A DNA stretch of 64,000 bases from an uncultured Clostridia bacterium (GTDB lineage: Bacteria > Bacillota > Clostridia > TANB77 > CAG-508): positions 12,483-76,482 of the forward strand of contig CALXFH010000004.1 in the NCBI GenBank assembly GCA_944387555.1, in the 5' to 3' direction. Under the pieces are notes generated by a model. It made no database searches. It had not been told where the DNA came from and saw only the letters and a list, made by a program, of their open reading frames with translations. A program made the translations under genes and the position numbers. Below are positions 1 through 10,025 of this stretch, piece by piece; the first letter of the stretch is position 1, and every line of letters starts with the position of its first letter.

Positions 1-465
1 TTTTATTTTATTTTGAAGATTTACTGATAAATCTTTGATAATTGCGTCTGAACTTACAATTAAATTCACATATACTTTTACATTATTTTCTTTATCTAAT
101 TCAACTCTTGTTGTAACATCCTCTGTACTTTGGAAATTTAGTGCTACTGAATTTACCAAATTTTCAATTGTTTCTTTAGAAATTAGAAGTTTTCCACTAT
201 CATTTTCTAATAAAACTCCTTGTCTTTCTTTTATTTGTTCCTTTGATGTTGAATCAAAGAACACACATTTTATTGAAAGTAAGATAAATACAATACTTAT
301 TCCAAGTAATACTTTGCTTGATGTTTCTCCTTCTATTATTCTATAAACAATATTTCCTGCTAAATCCATATCTAGCCATCCAAATATTAATAAACACATT
401 ATTATTGATAATATTAACATGATATCTGCATATATAATTAATGTAATTTTTTCTAAAGTTTTCAT
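1..465 (-). CDS. amaP: Alkaline-shock membrane anchor protein AmaP-like; the 3' end runs off the left edge of the window
   Basis: Own translation of the minus strand from the ATG at 465-463: MKTLEKITLIIYADIMLILSIIMCLLIFGWLDMD...ISKETIENLVNSVALNFQSTEDVTTRVELDKENNVKVYVNLIVSSDAIIKDLSVNLQNKIK. The frame stays open to position 1, so it is absent from the ORF track (no stop in the window). It has two N-terminal hydrophobic helices, an RBS GGAGAATAAAAGAAATG, and lies directly downstream of asp23. Confidence 0.55.
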   Translation of the reverse strand, partial: MKTLEKITLIIYADIMLILSIIMCLLIFGWLDMDLAGNIVYRIIEGETSSKVLLGISIVFILLSIKCVFFDSTSKEQIKERQGVLLENDSGKLLISKETIENLVNSVALNFQSTEDVTTRVELDKENNVKVYVNLIVSSDAIIKDLSVNLQNKIK

Positions 466-520
466 TTCTTTTATTCTCCTTCTCTTTCTTTTTTTATTTC
501 AAATTTACTTTTTACATCTA

Positions 521-964
521 TTACTCTTCTTCATCTGATTTTTCACTTGTTGCTGTATCTGTATCAACACCTTGAACATGTACATTTACTTCTTCTACTT
601 TTAAACCTGTCATACTTTCTACTGCTTTTTTTACTCTATTTTGTATTTCAAATGCTACATCTGGTATTCTAGAACCATATTCTACTATAATATTTACATC
701 TATTTTTGCTTTATCTTCATTTATATCTGCTTTTATTCCTTTTGCTAAGTTTTTCTTTCCACTAAATACTTCAGATATTCCTCCTGCAAATCCTCCTGCC
801 ATACCAGCTACGCCTGGTACTTCTGATACTGCAACTCCAGCAATAACTGCTACTACATCATCTGATATTTTTATTCCATCATTTTCTGTTTTTATTTCAT
901 CATCTAGTTCTACTATTTCTTCCTTTTCTTGGTTTTCATTTTTTTCCTTATTTTCTTCACTCAT
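521..964 (-). CDS. asp23: Asp23/Gls24 family envelope stress protein
   Basis: ORF 521..1027 has the Asp23 core ISDDVVAVIAGVAVSEVPGVAGMAGGFAGG...KIDVNIIVEYGSRIPDVAFEIQNRVKKAVESMTGLKVEEVNVHVQGV. I prefer the internal ATG at 964 (MSEENKEK) because AAGGGAGGAA lies just upstream. Confidence 0.85.
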   Translation of the reverse strand: MSEENKEKNENQEKEEIVELDDEIKTENDGIKISDDVVAVIAGVAVSEVPGVAGMAGGFAGGISEVFSGKKNLAKGIKADINEDKAKIDVNIIVEYGSRIPDVAFEIQNRVKKAVESMTGLKVEEVNVHVQGVDTDTATSEKSDEEE

Positions 965-1083
965 ATTAATTCCTCCCTTAAAAAAAGATATACTTATATT
1001 TCCACATAAGTATATCAATTTTCTCAAATTTTTACAACCATTTTAAGATATTTTAATAAAATTTTAATTTATTCTAAAAAATT

Positions 1084-1551
1084 TTAGCCCCAGAAAATTA
1101 ATAATGTAAACATTGTTGCTACAATTATTTCTGGTCTTGTCCATTCTTCTGGTATAATTTTAAGTTCTCCGCCTTCTTTTTCATTTACTATTGCAATTGA
1201 ATAAGACTCTATATCTTCTGCCTCAAAATAGATACTAAAATCTTGTCTATTATTTGCCTCTGTTGTATTTATATCTACATATCTTTTTCCTACCATATTG
1301 TCTCTTGAAGAATATAAATCTATTTCTACATATTTTCCTGTTAAATTACTTTCGCTATCAACAATTGTTCCCTTTATTTTTCCATTTACTAATGTTGCTT
1401 GTGCCTCAGATATTTCAACTTGAGATGTATTATCTTTTCTTTCAATATCTTGATATGATGAGTTTAATCCCACATCAATTATAAATTCTGAAAACACAAA
1501 AAATCCCACAATTATTAATGCATATATTAAAAATGTTTTTAATCTTGCCAT
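1084..1551 (-). CDS. Hypothetical membrane-anchored protein (single N-terminal TM)
   Basis: ORF 1084..1611. The likely start is MARLKTFLIYALIIVGFFVF at 1551, preceded by GGAAAAGGTGGAAAG. There is a second hydrophobic segment at the C-terminus. No family was recognised. Confidence 0.5.
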   Translation of the reverse strand: MARLKTFLIYALIIVGFFVFSEFIIDVGLNSSYQDIERKDNTSQVEISEAQATLVNGKIKGTIVDSESNLTGKYVEIDLYSSRDNMVGKRYVDINTTEANNRQDFSIYFEAEDIESYSIAIVNEKEGGELKIIPEEWTRPEIIVATMFTLLIFWG

Positions 1552-1663
1552 TTTTCTTTCCACCTTTTCCCTTAATATATACATTATACCAGATAATAAA
1601 CGTAAAATCAAATAAAGACACTAAAAATCATAACCACCCGTATACTGGTAGTTATGATTCTAC

Positions 1664-4600
1664 TTATATTTCTATTATTTTATTTAAATACACAGAATAA
1701 ATATATGTATTTTTTACTTGTTTATTATAAGCTTGTTCTAGAGCTTGTTTATATAAATCTAATTGTTTTCTGTATTTGTTAACAAGTTCTTGTTCATTTC
1801 CCGCTTCCACATAATCAGTTTTATAATCAACAAGATTTAAGTTATCATCTTTATCAATGTAATACAAGTCAATAATACCTTGAACAAGTATATTTTCATT
1901 AGTCTCTTCTTTATAAATATCTTTTGCAGGAACATTTATATAAAAAGGCTTTTCTCTTTCTACTTCTTTTGCAGATTTTAATTCTTCCCATATTTTAGAT
2001 TTAGTAAACTCTAATATTTTTTTAGGATTAATTGCTTCTTTTTCTTTAGAAGTAATAATTTTCTTTGCTTCTAACTCTTCTAATAACTCTTTTACTTTTT
2101 CTAAATCGTAATTTACTTTTTCATCTAGCCTTTGCATACAAAGATGTACTAAGGTACCTTTCTTACTTGCTGTAATCTTTTCTTCTTCTCCTGTTTTTAA
2201 GAATTTAGGTTTTGGCAAAGTTATTTCTTTTTCTATTAATACTTTATCACCACTTTCTAACTGTTTTAAAGTTGTAACAGCAGTTTTAGTAGGTATTACT
2301 GTATCTAACATATTTGGATATTTATAATTTAATACATTACTTATTTTGTTTAGTTCTTCCTTATTTGTATCTTTACTTTTATCTTCCAATTCTTTTATAA
2401 CATCTATTTCTCCATTATCGACTTTCTTTAATGTTTTTATAAGTGTTTTTTTCTTATAAGTATTTAAATCTACTTTATCACTACATAAGTTTTTCTCATA
2501 TTGGTAAACAAGTAAAATCCAATCTAAATATTTTTTACATTTCTTAATTAAAATAGGATTAATCTTTCCATTTTCTTTTGGATATCTCTCAATACTTCCA
2601 TCTATTTTCTCTAAATCCTTTTTAAAATCTCTAGTTACTCCTGTTATAAATAACTTCTCTTTCGTTCTTGTTAATGCAACATATAATATTCTCATTTCTT
2701 CTGATAAAGTTTCTAATAAAATCTTATTTTTTATTGCTAGCTTACTTAACGTATCATATTTTACTTGTTTATCATAATCTATGTATTTAGCACCTATTCC
2801 CATATCTTGGTGAAGTAATACATCTTCTTTTAAATCATTTAAGTTAAATTGTTTTCCTGTGCTTGATAAAAATACAACTGGGAATTCTAGTCCTTTACTT
2901 TTATGAATACTCATTATCCTTACAACATCATCATTTTCACCAATAAGTTTAGCAGAACCCATATCTCCACTAGATGTTTTTAGTTTATCTATAAAGTTTA
3001 TAAAATTATATAGTCCTTTAAAGTTAGCTCCTTCATAATCTTTTGCTTTTTGGAATAACATTTTTAAATTTGCTTGTCTTAAATCTCCATTTGGCATAAG
3101 ACCAACGTAATTATAATATCCAGTATCACTATATATTTTCCAAATAAGTTCATCTAATGATAAATATTCTTGTTCTTTTCTCCACTTATCTAAATTATCA
3201 AAAAAGTTTTGTATTTTTTCTTTTAAGCTTTCCTCTACATCTATAATCGCTTTTTGCATACAAGTATAAAAATTATCATAAGCATCTGTTAGGCGTATTT
3301 TAACTAATTCATTGTCTGTAAATTTTCCTATATAAGATCTTAGTACCGCAACTAATGGAATATCTTGCATTGGATTATCTATTATTTTAAGTAGTGACAT
3401 TATTGTTTGTATTTCAATTGAGTCCAAATATTCTTGTGAGCTATCAGAAAATACTGGTATTTCTAAATTTAAAAGTTCTTGTTCATATACAGGTGCAGGA
3501 GTAGATGTAGACCTAAGTAAAATTACTATATCTTTATATTTAATATCTCTATATATTTTCTTATCTTTATTATTTTTATCTTTATCACATACTTGGAATT
3601 TACTATCTACTAATTCCTTTATCTTATTTGCAACAAATCTTGCTTCTAATTCTACATTTTCTATTCTATCTTCTTCCTCTATTTTTTCTCCATCATCTTC
3701 TAATTCTAATACTTTTGTTTCTTCTTCCTCTTCTGATAAATCAATTACATCAATCTCTGTATTTAAGTTTTGCTTTGGATCTGGATAATCTGCTCCTAAA
3801 TTCAAATATTCACCTTCGTTATATTCTATATTTCCTAAACTATCACTCATAATATCTTGGAATATTAAATTTGTAAAATACAAGATATTTTCTCTACTTC
3901 TAAAGTTCTTAAATAATTGTATTTTTAAATCATCATCATTTGTTTTAGTATCTTTATTTTTATAACTTTTATATTTACTAATAAATAATTCTGGCATTGC
4001 TTGACGGAATTTATAAATACTTTGTTTTACATCTCCTACCATAAAAATGTTATTTCCTTTAGATACTGAATTTAATATATATTCTTGTACTAAGTTGCTG
4101 TCTTGATATTCATCAATTGCAATTTCTTCATATTTTTCTTGGTACTTTTTTGCAATATCGGATGGAATAGGTTTTCCATCTTCTTTTATTAATATTTTTA
4201 ATGCAAAGTGTTCTACATCTTGGAAATCTACAATATTTTTTTCTCTCTTTCTTTTTGAAAATTCTTCTCCAAATTCTAATATTATATTTTTTAGTTTTAC
4301 TAATATAGAATACATATCAAAAATATCTTGGTTTGCTGTTTTAGAATCACAAACTAAAATATTATCTAATATTTTCAGATTATCTTTTACTGCATCTCTT
4401 ATTGCTTTTGCTTCATCTTTTTCAATAGTATTTATTCTTTTTCCTCTCCATGGTATAAATTCTATTGCAGAATTTATTTCATAAGCTTTATCCCAATTAT
4501 TTAAATTTTTCTTTAATGCCTCTAACATATCTATATCATGCATTATTATTTTTAAATAACCTTCTAAATCAGGATTAGAATAAAGAAGTTTTTCTGCAGT

Positions 4601-5293
4601 TTTTAGTGAAGAAATATCATCTATTAATTCATCCTCTATTTCTTTTAATAGAACACTACCCCAAGGTGTTTTGCTAAAGTCTTTATCTAAATCTTCTTCT
4701 ATATTAAACATTTCTACTTTTTTAGAAAGCCATTTTTCAGGAAAAGGGTTACTTTGTATATAATTATATATTTTTAATATTAAATCTTTTAATGGAGTAT
4801 CATCTCTGTAACTTGTATATGTATGGATTAATTTTGAAAAATCTTCATCTTCTTCATCATATTTTTTCTCAAAAATATCCTCTATTACTTCCTGTTTTAA
4901 TAATTCTATTTCTGTTGTATCTGCTATCCTAAAATTAGGTGCTAAGTTCTCTAATTCATAAAAATTATTACGCACAACTTCCAAACAAAAAGAGTCTATT
5001 GTACATATACTTGCTTTATTTAATAATGTTATTTGTCTAAGTAACTTTTCATCATTTGGATTTTCATCTAATTTTTTATATATTGCATCTAATACTCTTT
5101 CTCTCATTTCTGCTGCTGCTGCATTTGTAAAAGTTACTACCAATAATCTATCTATATCTATTCCGTCTTCTACAACTTTTTTTATTATTCTTTCTACTAA
5201 AACAGCTGTTTTTCCACTTCCGGCAGCTGCAGCAACTAGAATATTAGAGCCCTTTTCATTTATTGCCTGACTTTGTTCTTTAGTCCATTCCAT
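1664..5293 (-). CDS. addA: ATP-dependent helicase/nuclease subunit A (AddA/RexA type)
   Basis: 1209 aa. UvrD-type Walker A VAAAAGSGKTAVLVERI, helicase motifs (DEYQDSN, VGDVKQSIYKFR) and a C-terminal RecB-family nuclease motif GIIDLYYIDKDDNLNLVDYKTDY. Confidence 0.9.
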   Translation of the reverse strand: MEWTKEQSQAINEKGSNILVAAAAGSGKTAVLVERIIKKVVEDGIDIDRLLVVTFTNAAAAEMRERVLDAIYKKLDENPNDEKLLRQITLLNKASICTIDSFCLEVVRNNFYELENLAPNFRIADTTEIELLKQEVIEDIFEKKYDEEDEDFSKLIHTYTSYRDDTPLKDLILKIYNYIQSNPFPEKWLSKKVEMFNIEEDLDKDFSKTPWGSVLLKEIEDELIDDISSLKTAEKLLYSNPDLEGYLKIIMHDIDMLEALKKNLNNWDKAYEINSAIEFIPWRGKRINTIEKDEAKAIRDAVKDNLKILDNILVCDSKTANQDIFDMYSILVKLKNIILEFGEEFSKRKREKNIVDFQDVEHFALKILIKEDGKPIPSDIAKKYQEKYEEIAIDEYQDSNLVQEYILNSVSKGNNIFMVGDVKQSIYKFRQAMPELFISKYKSYKNKDTKTNDDDLKIQLFKNFRSRENILYFTNLIFQDIMSDSLGNIEYNEGEYLNLGADYPDPKQNLNTEIDVIDLSEEEEETKVLELEDDGEKIEEEDRIENVELEARFVANKIKELVDSKFQVCDKDKNNKDKKIYRDIKYKDIVILLRSTSTPAPVYEQELLNLEIPVFSDSSQEYLDSIEIQTIMSLLKIIDNPMQDIPLVAVLRSYIGKFTDNELVKIRLTDAYDNFYTCMQKAIIDVEESLKEKIQNFFDNLDKWRKEQEYLSLDELIWKIYSDTGYYNYVGLMPNGDLRQANLKMLFQKAKDYEGANFKGLYNFINFIDKLKTSSGDMGSAKLIGENDDVVRIMSIHKSKGLEFPVVFLSSTGKQFNLNDLKEDVLLHQDMGIGAKYIDYDKQVKYDTLSKLAIKNKILLETLSEEMRILYVALTRTKEKLFITGVTRDFKKDLEKIDGSIERYPKENGKINPILIKKCKKYLDWILLVYQYEKNLCSDKVDLNTYKKKTLIKTLKKVDNGEIDVIKELEDKSKDTNKEELNKISNVLNYKYPNMLDTVIPTKTAVTTLKQLESGDKVLIEKEITLPKPKFLKTGEEEKITASKKGTLVHLCMQRLDEKVNYDLEKVKELLEELEAKKIITSKEKEAINPKKILEFTKSKIWEELKSAKEVEREKPFYINVPAKDIYKEETNENILVQGIIDLYYIDKDDNLNLVDYKTDYVEAGNEQELVNKYRKQLDLYKQALEQAYNKQVKNTYIYSVYLNKIIEI

Positions 5294-5336
5294 ATATTTT
5301 CTCCTTTTTTATTTCAGTTTGTAATTTCTTTTTGAT

Positions 5337-5365
5337 ATTCTATCATTTGTAAACTGTTTTTTCAA
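5337..5365 (-). promoter_or_regulatory. Sigma-A type promoter candidate for addA
   Basis: Minus strand reads TTGAAA - 17 nt - TAGAAT with TG at the extended -10 position (aaaTGaTAGAAT), about 40 nt upstream of the addA ATG. Confidence 0.4.
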
Positions 5366-5397
5366 GAAAAAAAGAATATAACAAAAGTCATATTCTT
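5364..5397 (-). terminator. Rho-independent terminator after the DUF4190-like gene
   Basis: 8-bp stem AAGAATAT/ATATTCTT (5372-5379 / 5390-5397). On the minus strand it is followed by TTTTTCTT. Confidence 0.55.
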
Positions 5398-5417
5398 ATT
5401 TATCTTAATTATATTTT

Positions 5418-5726
5418 TTAAAATAATGATGTTAAAGTTGCTACAGATGTTATTATATTTATAATTACCCCAACTATATCAAATGCACCTACACATAAAC
5501 CTACAATTCCCATCCATTTATATTTCTGTTTTTCTTTATCAAATTTAACTATTCCTACTATACCTAACACAACAGCTGCTATTCCTAGTGGAAGACCAAG
5601 TATAAATAATCCTACTAATGATAAAATAAAACTAAGTAAGCCACATACATTTAAGTTTTTTTCTTCGTTTGAACTTGTATTAACATTTTCATTTTGTTCA
5701 ACTTCTTTTACTTCATTTTCGTCCAT
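5418..5726 (-). CDS. Small membrane protein, DUF4190-like
   Basis: 102 aa. Acidic N-terminus followed by two Gly-rich hydrophobic hairpins (GLLSFILSLVGLFILGLPLGIAAVVLGIVGIVKF...WMGIVGLCVGAFDIVGVIINI). Confidence 0.6.
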   Translation of the reverse strand: MDENEVKEVEQNENVNTSSNEEKNLNVCGLLSFILSLVGLFILGLPLGIAAVVLGIVGIVKFDKEKQKYKWMGIVGLCVGAFDIVGVIINIITSVATLTSLF

Positions 5727-5894
5727 AAAAAATACCTCCTTTTATATTATATATTTATATAATAAAGTATTTTTCTATTCCTGTCAATTTTTATCCAAAA
5801 ATTTCTTATAAAATTTTGTTTTAATTTTTATTGCTTTTTTATATGTTTATCTATATAATTAATTTAATATAATATTTTTAGAAAGGAGATTTGT

Positions 5895-6560
5895 ATGGAA
5901 AACGAAATAACTACTCAAAACAAATTATTTGGAAAAACTTTCTTTTGGATGTTTTTAGGGCTTCTTGGCTCTGCAATTGTTGCATACTACACATATTCTT
6001 CTGGATTATTATTTGATATTATTTTAAAAGGATATTGGGAGATTTTATTAATTGTAGAACTTGTTGCAGTATTACTTTTTAGCTTATTATTTAGAAAACT
6101 TCCAGCAACTGTTGTAGGTATTCTTTACTTTGTATATGCTATGCTAAATGGTATAACCTTAGCTACAGTTTTTGCAATATTTGAGCTTTCTTCTATTATA
6201 TATTTATTTGTAATTTCAGCTGTCATTTTTGCGATACTTAGTATTATTGGATATAAAACAAATAAAGATTTAAGCTCTTGGTCACCTTATATAACAGTAT
6301 TTTTAATTGCTGGTTTAGTCTTAAGTGTTATTAATTTATTTATATTAAAAAGTTCTATGCTTGACTTAATAATAGACTGGTTTGTACTTGCTCTATTTTG
6401 TGGAATTACTATTTATGATATTAATAAGATTAAAATATTACAAACTGTCCCAGATATTAATCAAGAAAAAATATATGTATACTGTGCTATGCAATTATAT
6501 TTAGATTTTATAAATATTTTCTTACGTATTCTTTCTATTTTTGGAAAAAGAAGAGATTAA
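5895..6560 (+). CDS. Bax inhibitor-1/YccA family membrane protein
   Basis: 221 aa, about seven TM segments, typical family ends (FFWMFLGLLGSAIVAYY ... AMQLYLDFINIFLRILSIFG). RBS AAAGGAGATTTGTATG. One of only two plus-strand genes. Confidence 0.8.
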   Translation: MENEITTQNKLFGKTFFWMFLGLLGSAIVAYYTYSSGLLFDIILKGYWEILLIVELVAVLLFSLLFRKLPATVVGILYFVYAMLNGITLATVFAIFELSSIIYLFVISAVIFAILSIIGYKTNKDLSSWSPYITVFLIAGLVLSVINLFILKSSMLDLIIDWFVLALFCGITIYDINKIKILQTVPDINQEKIYVYCAMQLYLDFINIFLRILSIFGKRRD

Positions 6561-6561
6561 A

Positions 6562-6606
6562 CAAAAAAGGAACTATAATTAAAAGCAATTATAGTTTCTT
6601 TTTTAT
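6562..6606. terminator. Bidirectional Rho-independent terminator
   Basis: Stem GAACTATAATT / AATTATAGTTT, with an A-run on the left and a T-run on the right. It sits between the convergent genes 5895-6560 (+) and 6614-6877 (-). Confidence 0.6.
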
Positions 6607-6613
6607 ATTTTCT

Positions 6614-6877
6614 CTAATCTAAATTTTCTTTTATCGCTACCATTAGTTCATTTGATTGTACTACTTTACTTACTCCTTGATACATATATTTTGCTCCTGT
6701 AAAATATACTTGATACCCTAAATTTTCAAGTCTTGTTCTACATAACCTTAAAAATTCTTGTGTTTCTTCTTCTGATAAATCAAATTTTATTCTTACCTCA
6801 TAAAATGTTACTATTACTATATTTTCATTTTCATTTATTTTATTATCCAAATATTCTGTTATTTCTTGCATTGTCAT
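6614..6877 (-). CDS. Hypothetical small cytoplasmic protein
   Basis: 87-aa ORF with an RBS (AAGGAGAGAGAAATAAAATG). No recognisable motif. Confidence 0.45.
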   Translation of the reverse strand: MTMQEITEYLDNKINENENIVIVTFYEVRIKFDLSEEETQEFLRLCRTRLENLGYQVYFTGAKYMYQGVSKVVQSNELMVAIKENLD

Positions 6878-6972
6878 TTTATTTCTCTCTCCTTTACTTG
6901 GTATATTTTACCACATTTTTTTAGAAAAATAAAGACTAAGAAACACTTTTTTTAATTTTTTATCTATTATCA

Positions 6973-7659
6973 TTATCTTCTTTCTATTTTTGTTCTATTA
7001 CCATAAGTATTGGCAGTACCTCTAGTAATACCACTACTATCTTTAAATTGTGTATATTCATGCTCTCCTACTTTATAAGTTGTGGCACTTCCTTTATAAT
7101 TGCCAAACTCATCTGAAAAACTTCTTGTTTTTACGCTTACATCTGGTATAATTGATTTCTTTTCACTTTTATAATCACTATAATTTGAAAGAGTTGCTTT
7201 TTTTGTATCTATATTTCCTTGTGTGGCTGGACGACTTGAAGGCATTATACACATAATTATAAACTCTGGAACTACAAGACAAATTACAGCTATAATTGTA
7301 ACTATAACTAATTCTAACATATCATCTGCCATATTCCATCCCATTGCAATAAAACCAACTATAACTGTTACAAAATAAAGTAATGTAGCAGTATTTACAA
7401 AAGTAATATCCATATGTTTTCTTGTAAAAAAATATATTATCCATAAAGCCACTTCAAGAACTGCAAAATATTTTATTCCAATCCATATAGTATTTAAGAA
7501 AACAAGAGTTGCTTCTGTTTTGTCTCCCAATAATTCTCTTAAAAGTAAAACTCCAGCCATAACACTTAATGCTAACATTAATACTAAACTTATTATTCCT
7601 ATTATATCTCTTTTTTCTTTTTTTGCATTTTCACTTTCCATTGTTATACCAACTTTCAT
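6973..7659 (-). CDS. Hypothetical polytopic membrane protein
   Basis: 228 aa. About five hydrophobic helices followed by a polar S/T/G/K-rich C-terminal tail. Starts 2 nt after the stop of 7662-8609. Confidence 0.5.
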   Translation of the reverse strand: MKVGITMESENAKKEKRDIIGIISLVLMLALSVMAGVLLLRELLGDKTEATLVFLNTIWIGIKYFAVLEVALWIIYFFTRKHMDITFVNTATLLYFVTVIVGFIAMGWNMADDMLELVIVTIIAVICLVVPEFIIMCIMPSSRPATQGNIDTKKATLSNYSDYKSEKKSIIPDVSVKTRSFSDEFGNYKGSATTYKVGEHEYTQFKDSSGITRGTANTYGNRTKIERR

Positions 7660-7661
7660 TT

Positions 7662-8609
7662 TTATTTTAGATTATATATTTGATTAGTTTCTTCTTGCTC
7701 AATTTGGTTATTACCAATTATTTTAAATTCTTTATTATCATTATCAAAATTAATTGTATCATATTCTAATTTGTAACTACTGTCTATATCATAACCAGTT
7801 CCTGGACTATCATGTACATATCTTGATGAATTATCAGCATTAATTGTAAAAGTATCTTCTCCACATACATATGAGCCATATGCTATTGTGTATTGTGCAT
7901 TAGATATTCCATCTGCTGTTTGTTTTAATGTATTATCATTTATTTTTTGTATTTCCTCACCAAGTTCTTTTTGTTTTTCTTCAGTAAGTATTATTGTATT
8001 TTTATAATTTTCATATGCTGATTTTAAATCTTCTGTTATAGTTTCACTTTCGATTTCTTTCATTGCAATTTTTGTTTCTGTATCTATATATGTATATTCT
8101 AATGTTTCATCATCTACTTCTATTGTTTCAGGTTTACTTTTTTGACTTACTATATCAGGTAAAGATATATAGTCTCCATCCTTCTCAACAAAATAATTTA
8201 ATTCTTTATCTTCTACGCTGTAGAAAACTCTTATATTTGCATCACTATAATATTTACTCTCATTTACCATATCGCCATCTAATGATAGAAAAGCTAACCT
8301 GTTTTCTATTTTATAAGCAAGTATAGGTATAGCTTCTTCATCATTTTCTATATTAATAAATGCTACATCCATATTTGTTATATCTTGTTTTTCAAATATA
8401 TTTTCTTTTATATATTTTTCATAATCTTCTAAAAAGCTATCATTTTCTTGTTCTTCTGTTGCTACTTCATTAGTTGTTTCTGCTTGATTATTGTCAACAT
8501 CCCCTTCTTCTAAATTTTTATTATACAATATTATTCCACCTGCTACTGCTAAAACAATTATTACTAATGCTATTGTAAATGTAACAGTTATAATTACTTT
8601 TTTCTTCAT
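7662..8609 (-). CDS. Hypothetical N-terminally membrane-anchored extracytoplasmic protein
   Basis: 315 aa. KKKVIITVTFTIALVIIVLAVAGGIILY anchor followed by an acidic extracellular region. No family recognised. Confidence 0.5.
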   Translation of the reverse strand: MKKKVIITVTFTIALVIIVLAVAGGIILYNKNLEEGDVDNNQAETTNEVATEEQENDSFLEDYEKYIKENIFEKQDITNMDVAFINIENDEEAIPILAYKIENRLAFLSLDGDMVNESKYYSDANIRVFYSVEDKELNYFVEKDGDYISLPDIVSQKSKPETIEVDDETLEYTYIDTETKIAMKEIESETITEDLKSAYENYKNTIILTEEKQKELGEEIQKINDNTLKQTADGISNAQYTIAYGSYVCGEDTFTINADNSSRYVHDSPGTGYDIDSSYKLEYDTINFDNDNKEFKIIGNNQIEQEETNQIYNLK

Positions 8610-8624
8610 TCCTCATCTTCCCTT

Positions 8625-8822
8625 CTATTTATTGTTTTCCATATACTTCTGTTGTTCTTCTGTTCTTTCTCTTACTGCATCTAATGAACTTCCATCTAAT
8701 ATATCTTGTGATTTTTGATATTGGTCCACACCTGCTTTCATTGCTTCTCCACAACCTGTTAAGGTTATTAAAGAAATTCCTAAAACTATTATTAATAATA
8801 TTGTTAATACTACTTTTTTCAT
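8625..8822 (-). CDS. Small putative lipoprotein
   Basis: 65 aa. Signal peptide ending in the lipobox LTGCGE. Confidence 0.55.
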   Translation of the reverse strand: MKKVVLTILLIIVLGISLITLTGCGEAMKAGVDQYQKSQDILDGSSLDAVRERTEEQQKYMENNK

Positions 8823-8836
8823 AACAATCCCCCTTT

Positions 8837-10012
8837 TTATTGTTGTTCTTCTGATATTTTTCCTATAATTGGTTTTCCTTCATAATTTATAAATCCCCAC
8901 TTATCATCTTTGCATACAGCTGCTAATCCTTCTTTAAAATCAGAAAAGCCATAAGCTATAGTTCCTTTTGCATCATAAATTGGATTGATTACAACTTCTC
9001 CTTTTTCGTTTATATATCCACATTTTTGTTCATCCTCATCAACTGTTAAATCCGGAACAAATGCTGCTAAGCCTTCTGAGAATGAAGATATATAACCATA
9101 TTGATAATCTACAACCAAATTTCCTTTAGTATCTATTACTCCACATTTCTCTCCATTACTAACAATAGCATATCCATTTTTAAAAGGCATTGCATTTTTA
9201 AATTGATAATCTATTACTAAATTACCCTTAGTATCTATAAATCCAATATTTTTTCCATCTTCTGATACTGCTGCTAAACCTTCTGAAAAGTCTGATGCTT
9301 TTTTGTATTTTTGCTCTATAACAACATCTAAGTTTTCATCTACATATCCATACTTTGTATCTGAAATCCTACTACTAGTATCATTATATTTAGCCGTGCT
9401 TTTTGTCGCTAAACCTTCACTAAAATATCCTAGTCCTAGATTATCTAGTGACATTTCTACAATTTCATTTCCTTGTGTATCAATATAACCTGTTTTAGAA
9501 GTAAAATCTCTTGCAGTTTCACTTTCTACTTCTGCAATACCATTTTTAAATGCTTCTATTCTATAATATTTTCCAAATGGTACAACTTCATTTCCTTCTT
9601 TGTCTATAACTCCCCATTCATCATCTTGATATACTCTTGCAACTCCATTTTGAAATCCTTCTGGTCCAGTATTGTCGTATTGACATTTTATAACTTCATT
9701 TCCTTCTTTATCAACAAAACCTGCTTTATCGTCTTTAAGCACCATTCCTAACCCATCTGAAAACGGCATAGCTGCATCATATTTATATTCTATTACAGTA
9801 TTTCCTTGGTTATCTATGTATCCCCATTTATCATCTTTACAAACAGGTGCTAACCCTTCTGAGAAATTCATCGCTGTATCTAATTCCAAATTTAAATCTC
9901 CTACTTTTGTTACATTAACTTTTTTATCTTCTTCATTTCCACATCCAGTTAAGCAAATTAATGACATTACTAAAATAAAAACTATTCCTAATACTAAAAC
10001 TTTCTTCTTCAT
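8837..10012 (-). CDS. WG-repeat (KWG-type) lipoprotein
   Basis: 391 aa. Lipobox CLTGCGN and at least nine repeats of the type F(S/K)EGLA.V..D.KWG(Y/F)ID..GN.VI. Confidence 0.8.
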   Translation of the reverse strand: MKKKVLVLGIVFILVMSLICLTGCGNEEDKKVNVTKVGDLNLELDTAMNFSEGLAPVCKDDKWGYIDNQGNTVIEYKYDAAMPFSDGLGMVLKDDKAGFVDKEGNEVIKCQYDNTGPEGFQNGVARVYQDDEWGVIDKEGNEVVPFGKYYRIEAFKNGIAEVESETARDFTSKTGYIDTQGNEIVEMSLDNLGLGYFSEGLATKSTAKYNDTSSRISDTKYGYVDENLDVVIEQKYKKASDFSEGLAAVSEDGKNIGFIDTKGNLVIDYQFKNAMPFKNGYAIVSNGEKCGVIDTKGNLVVDYQYGYISSFSEGLAAFVPDLTVDEDEQKCGYINEKGEVVINPIYDAKGTIAYGFSDFKEGLAAVCKDDKWGFINYEGKPIIGKISEEQQ

Positions 10013-10025
10013 TTTTTACCCCCTA

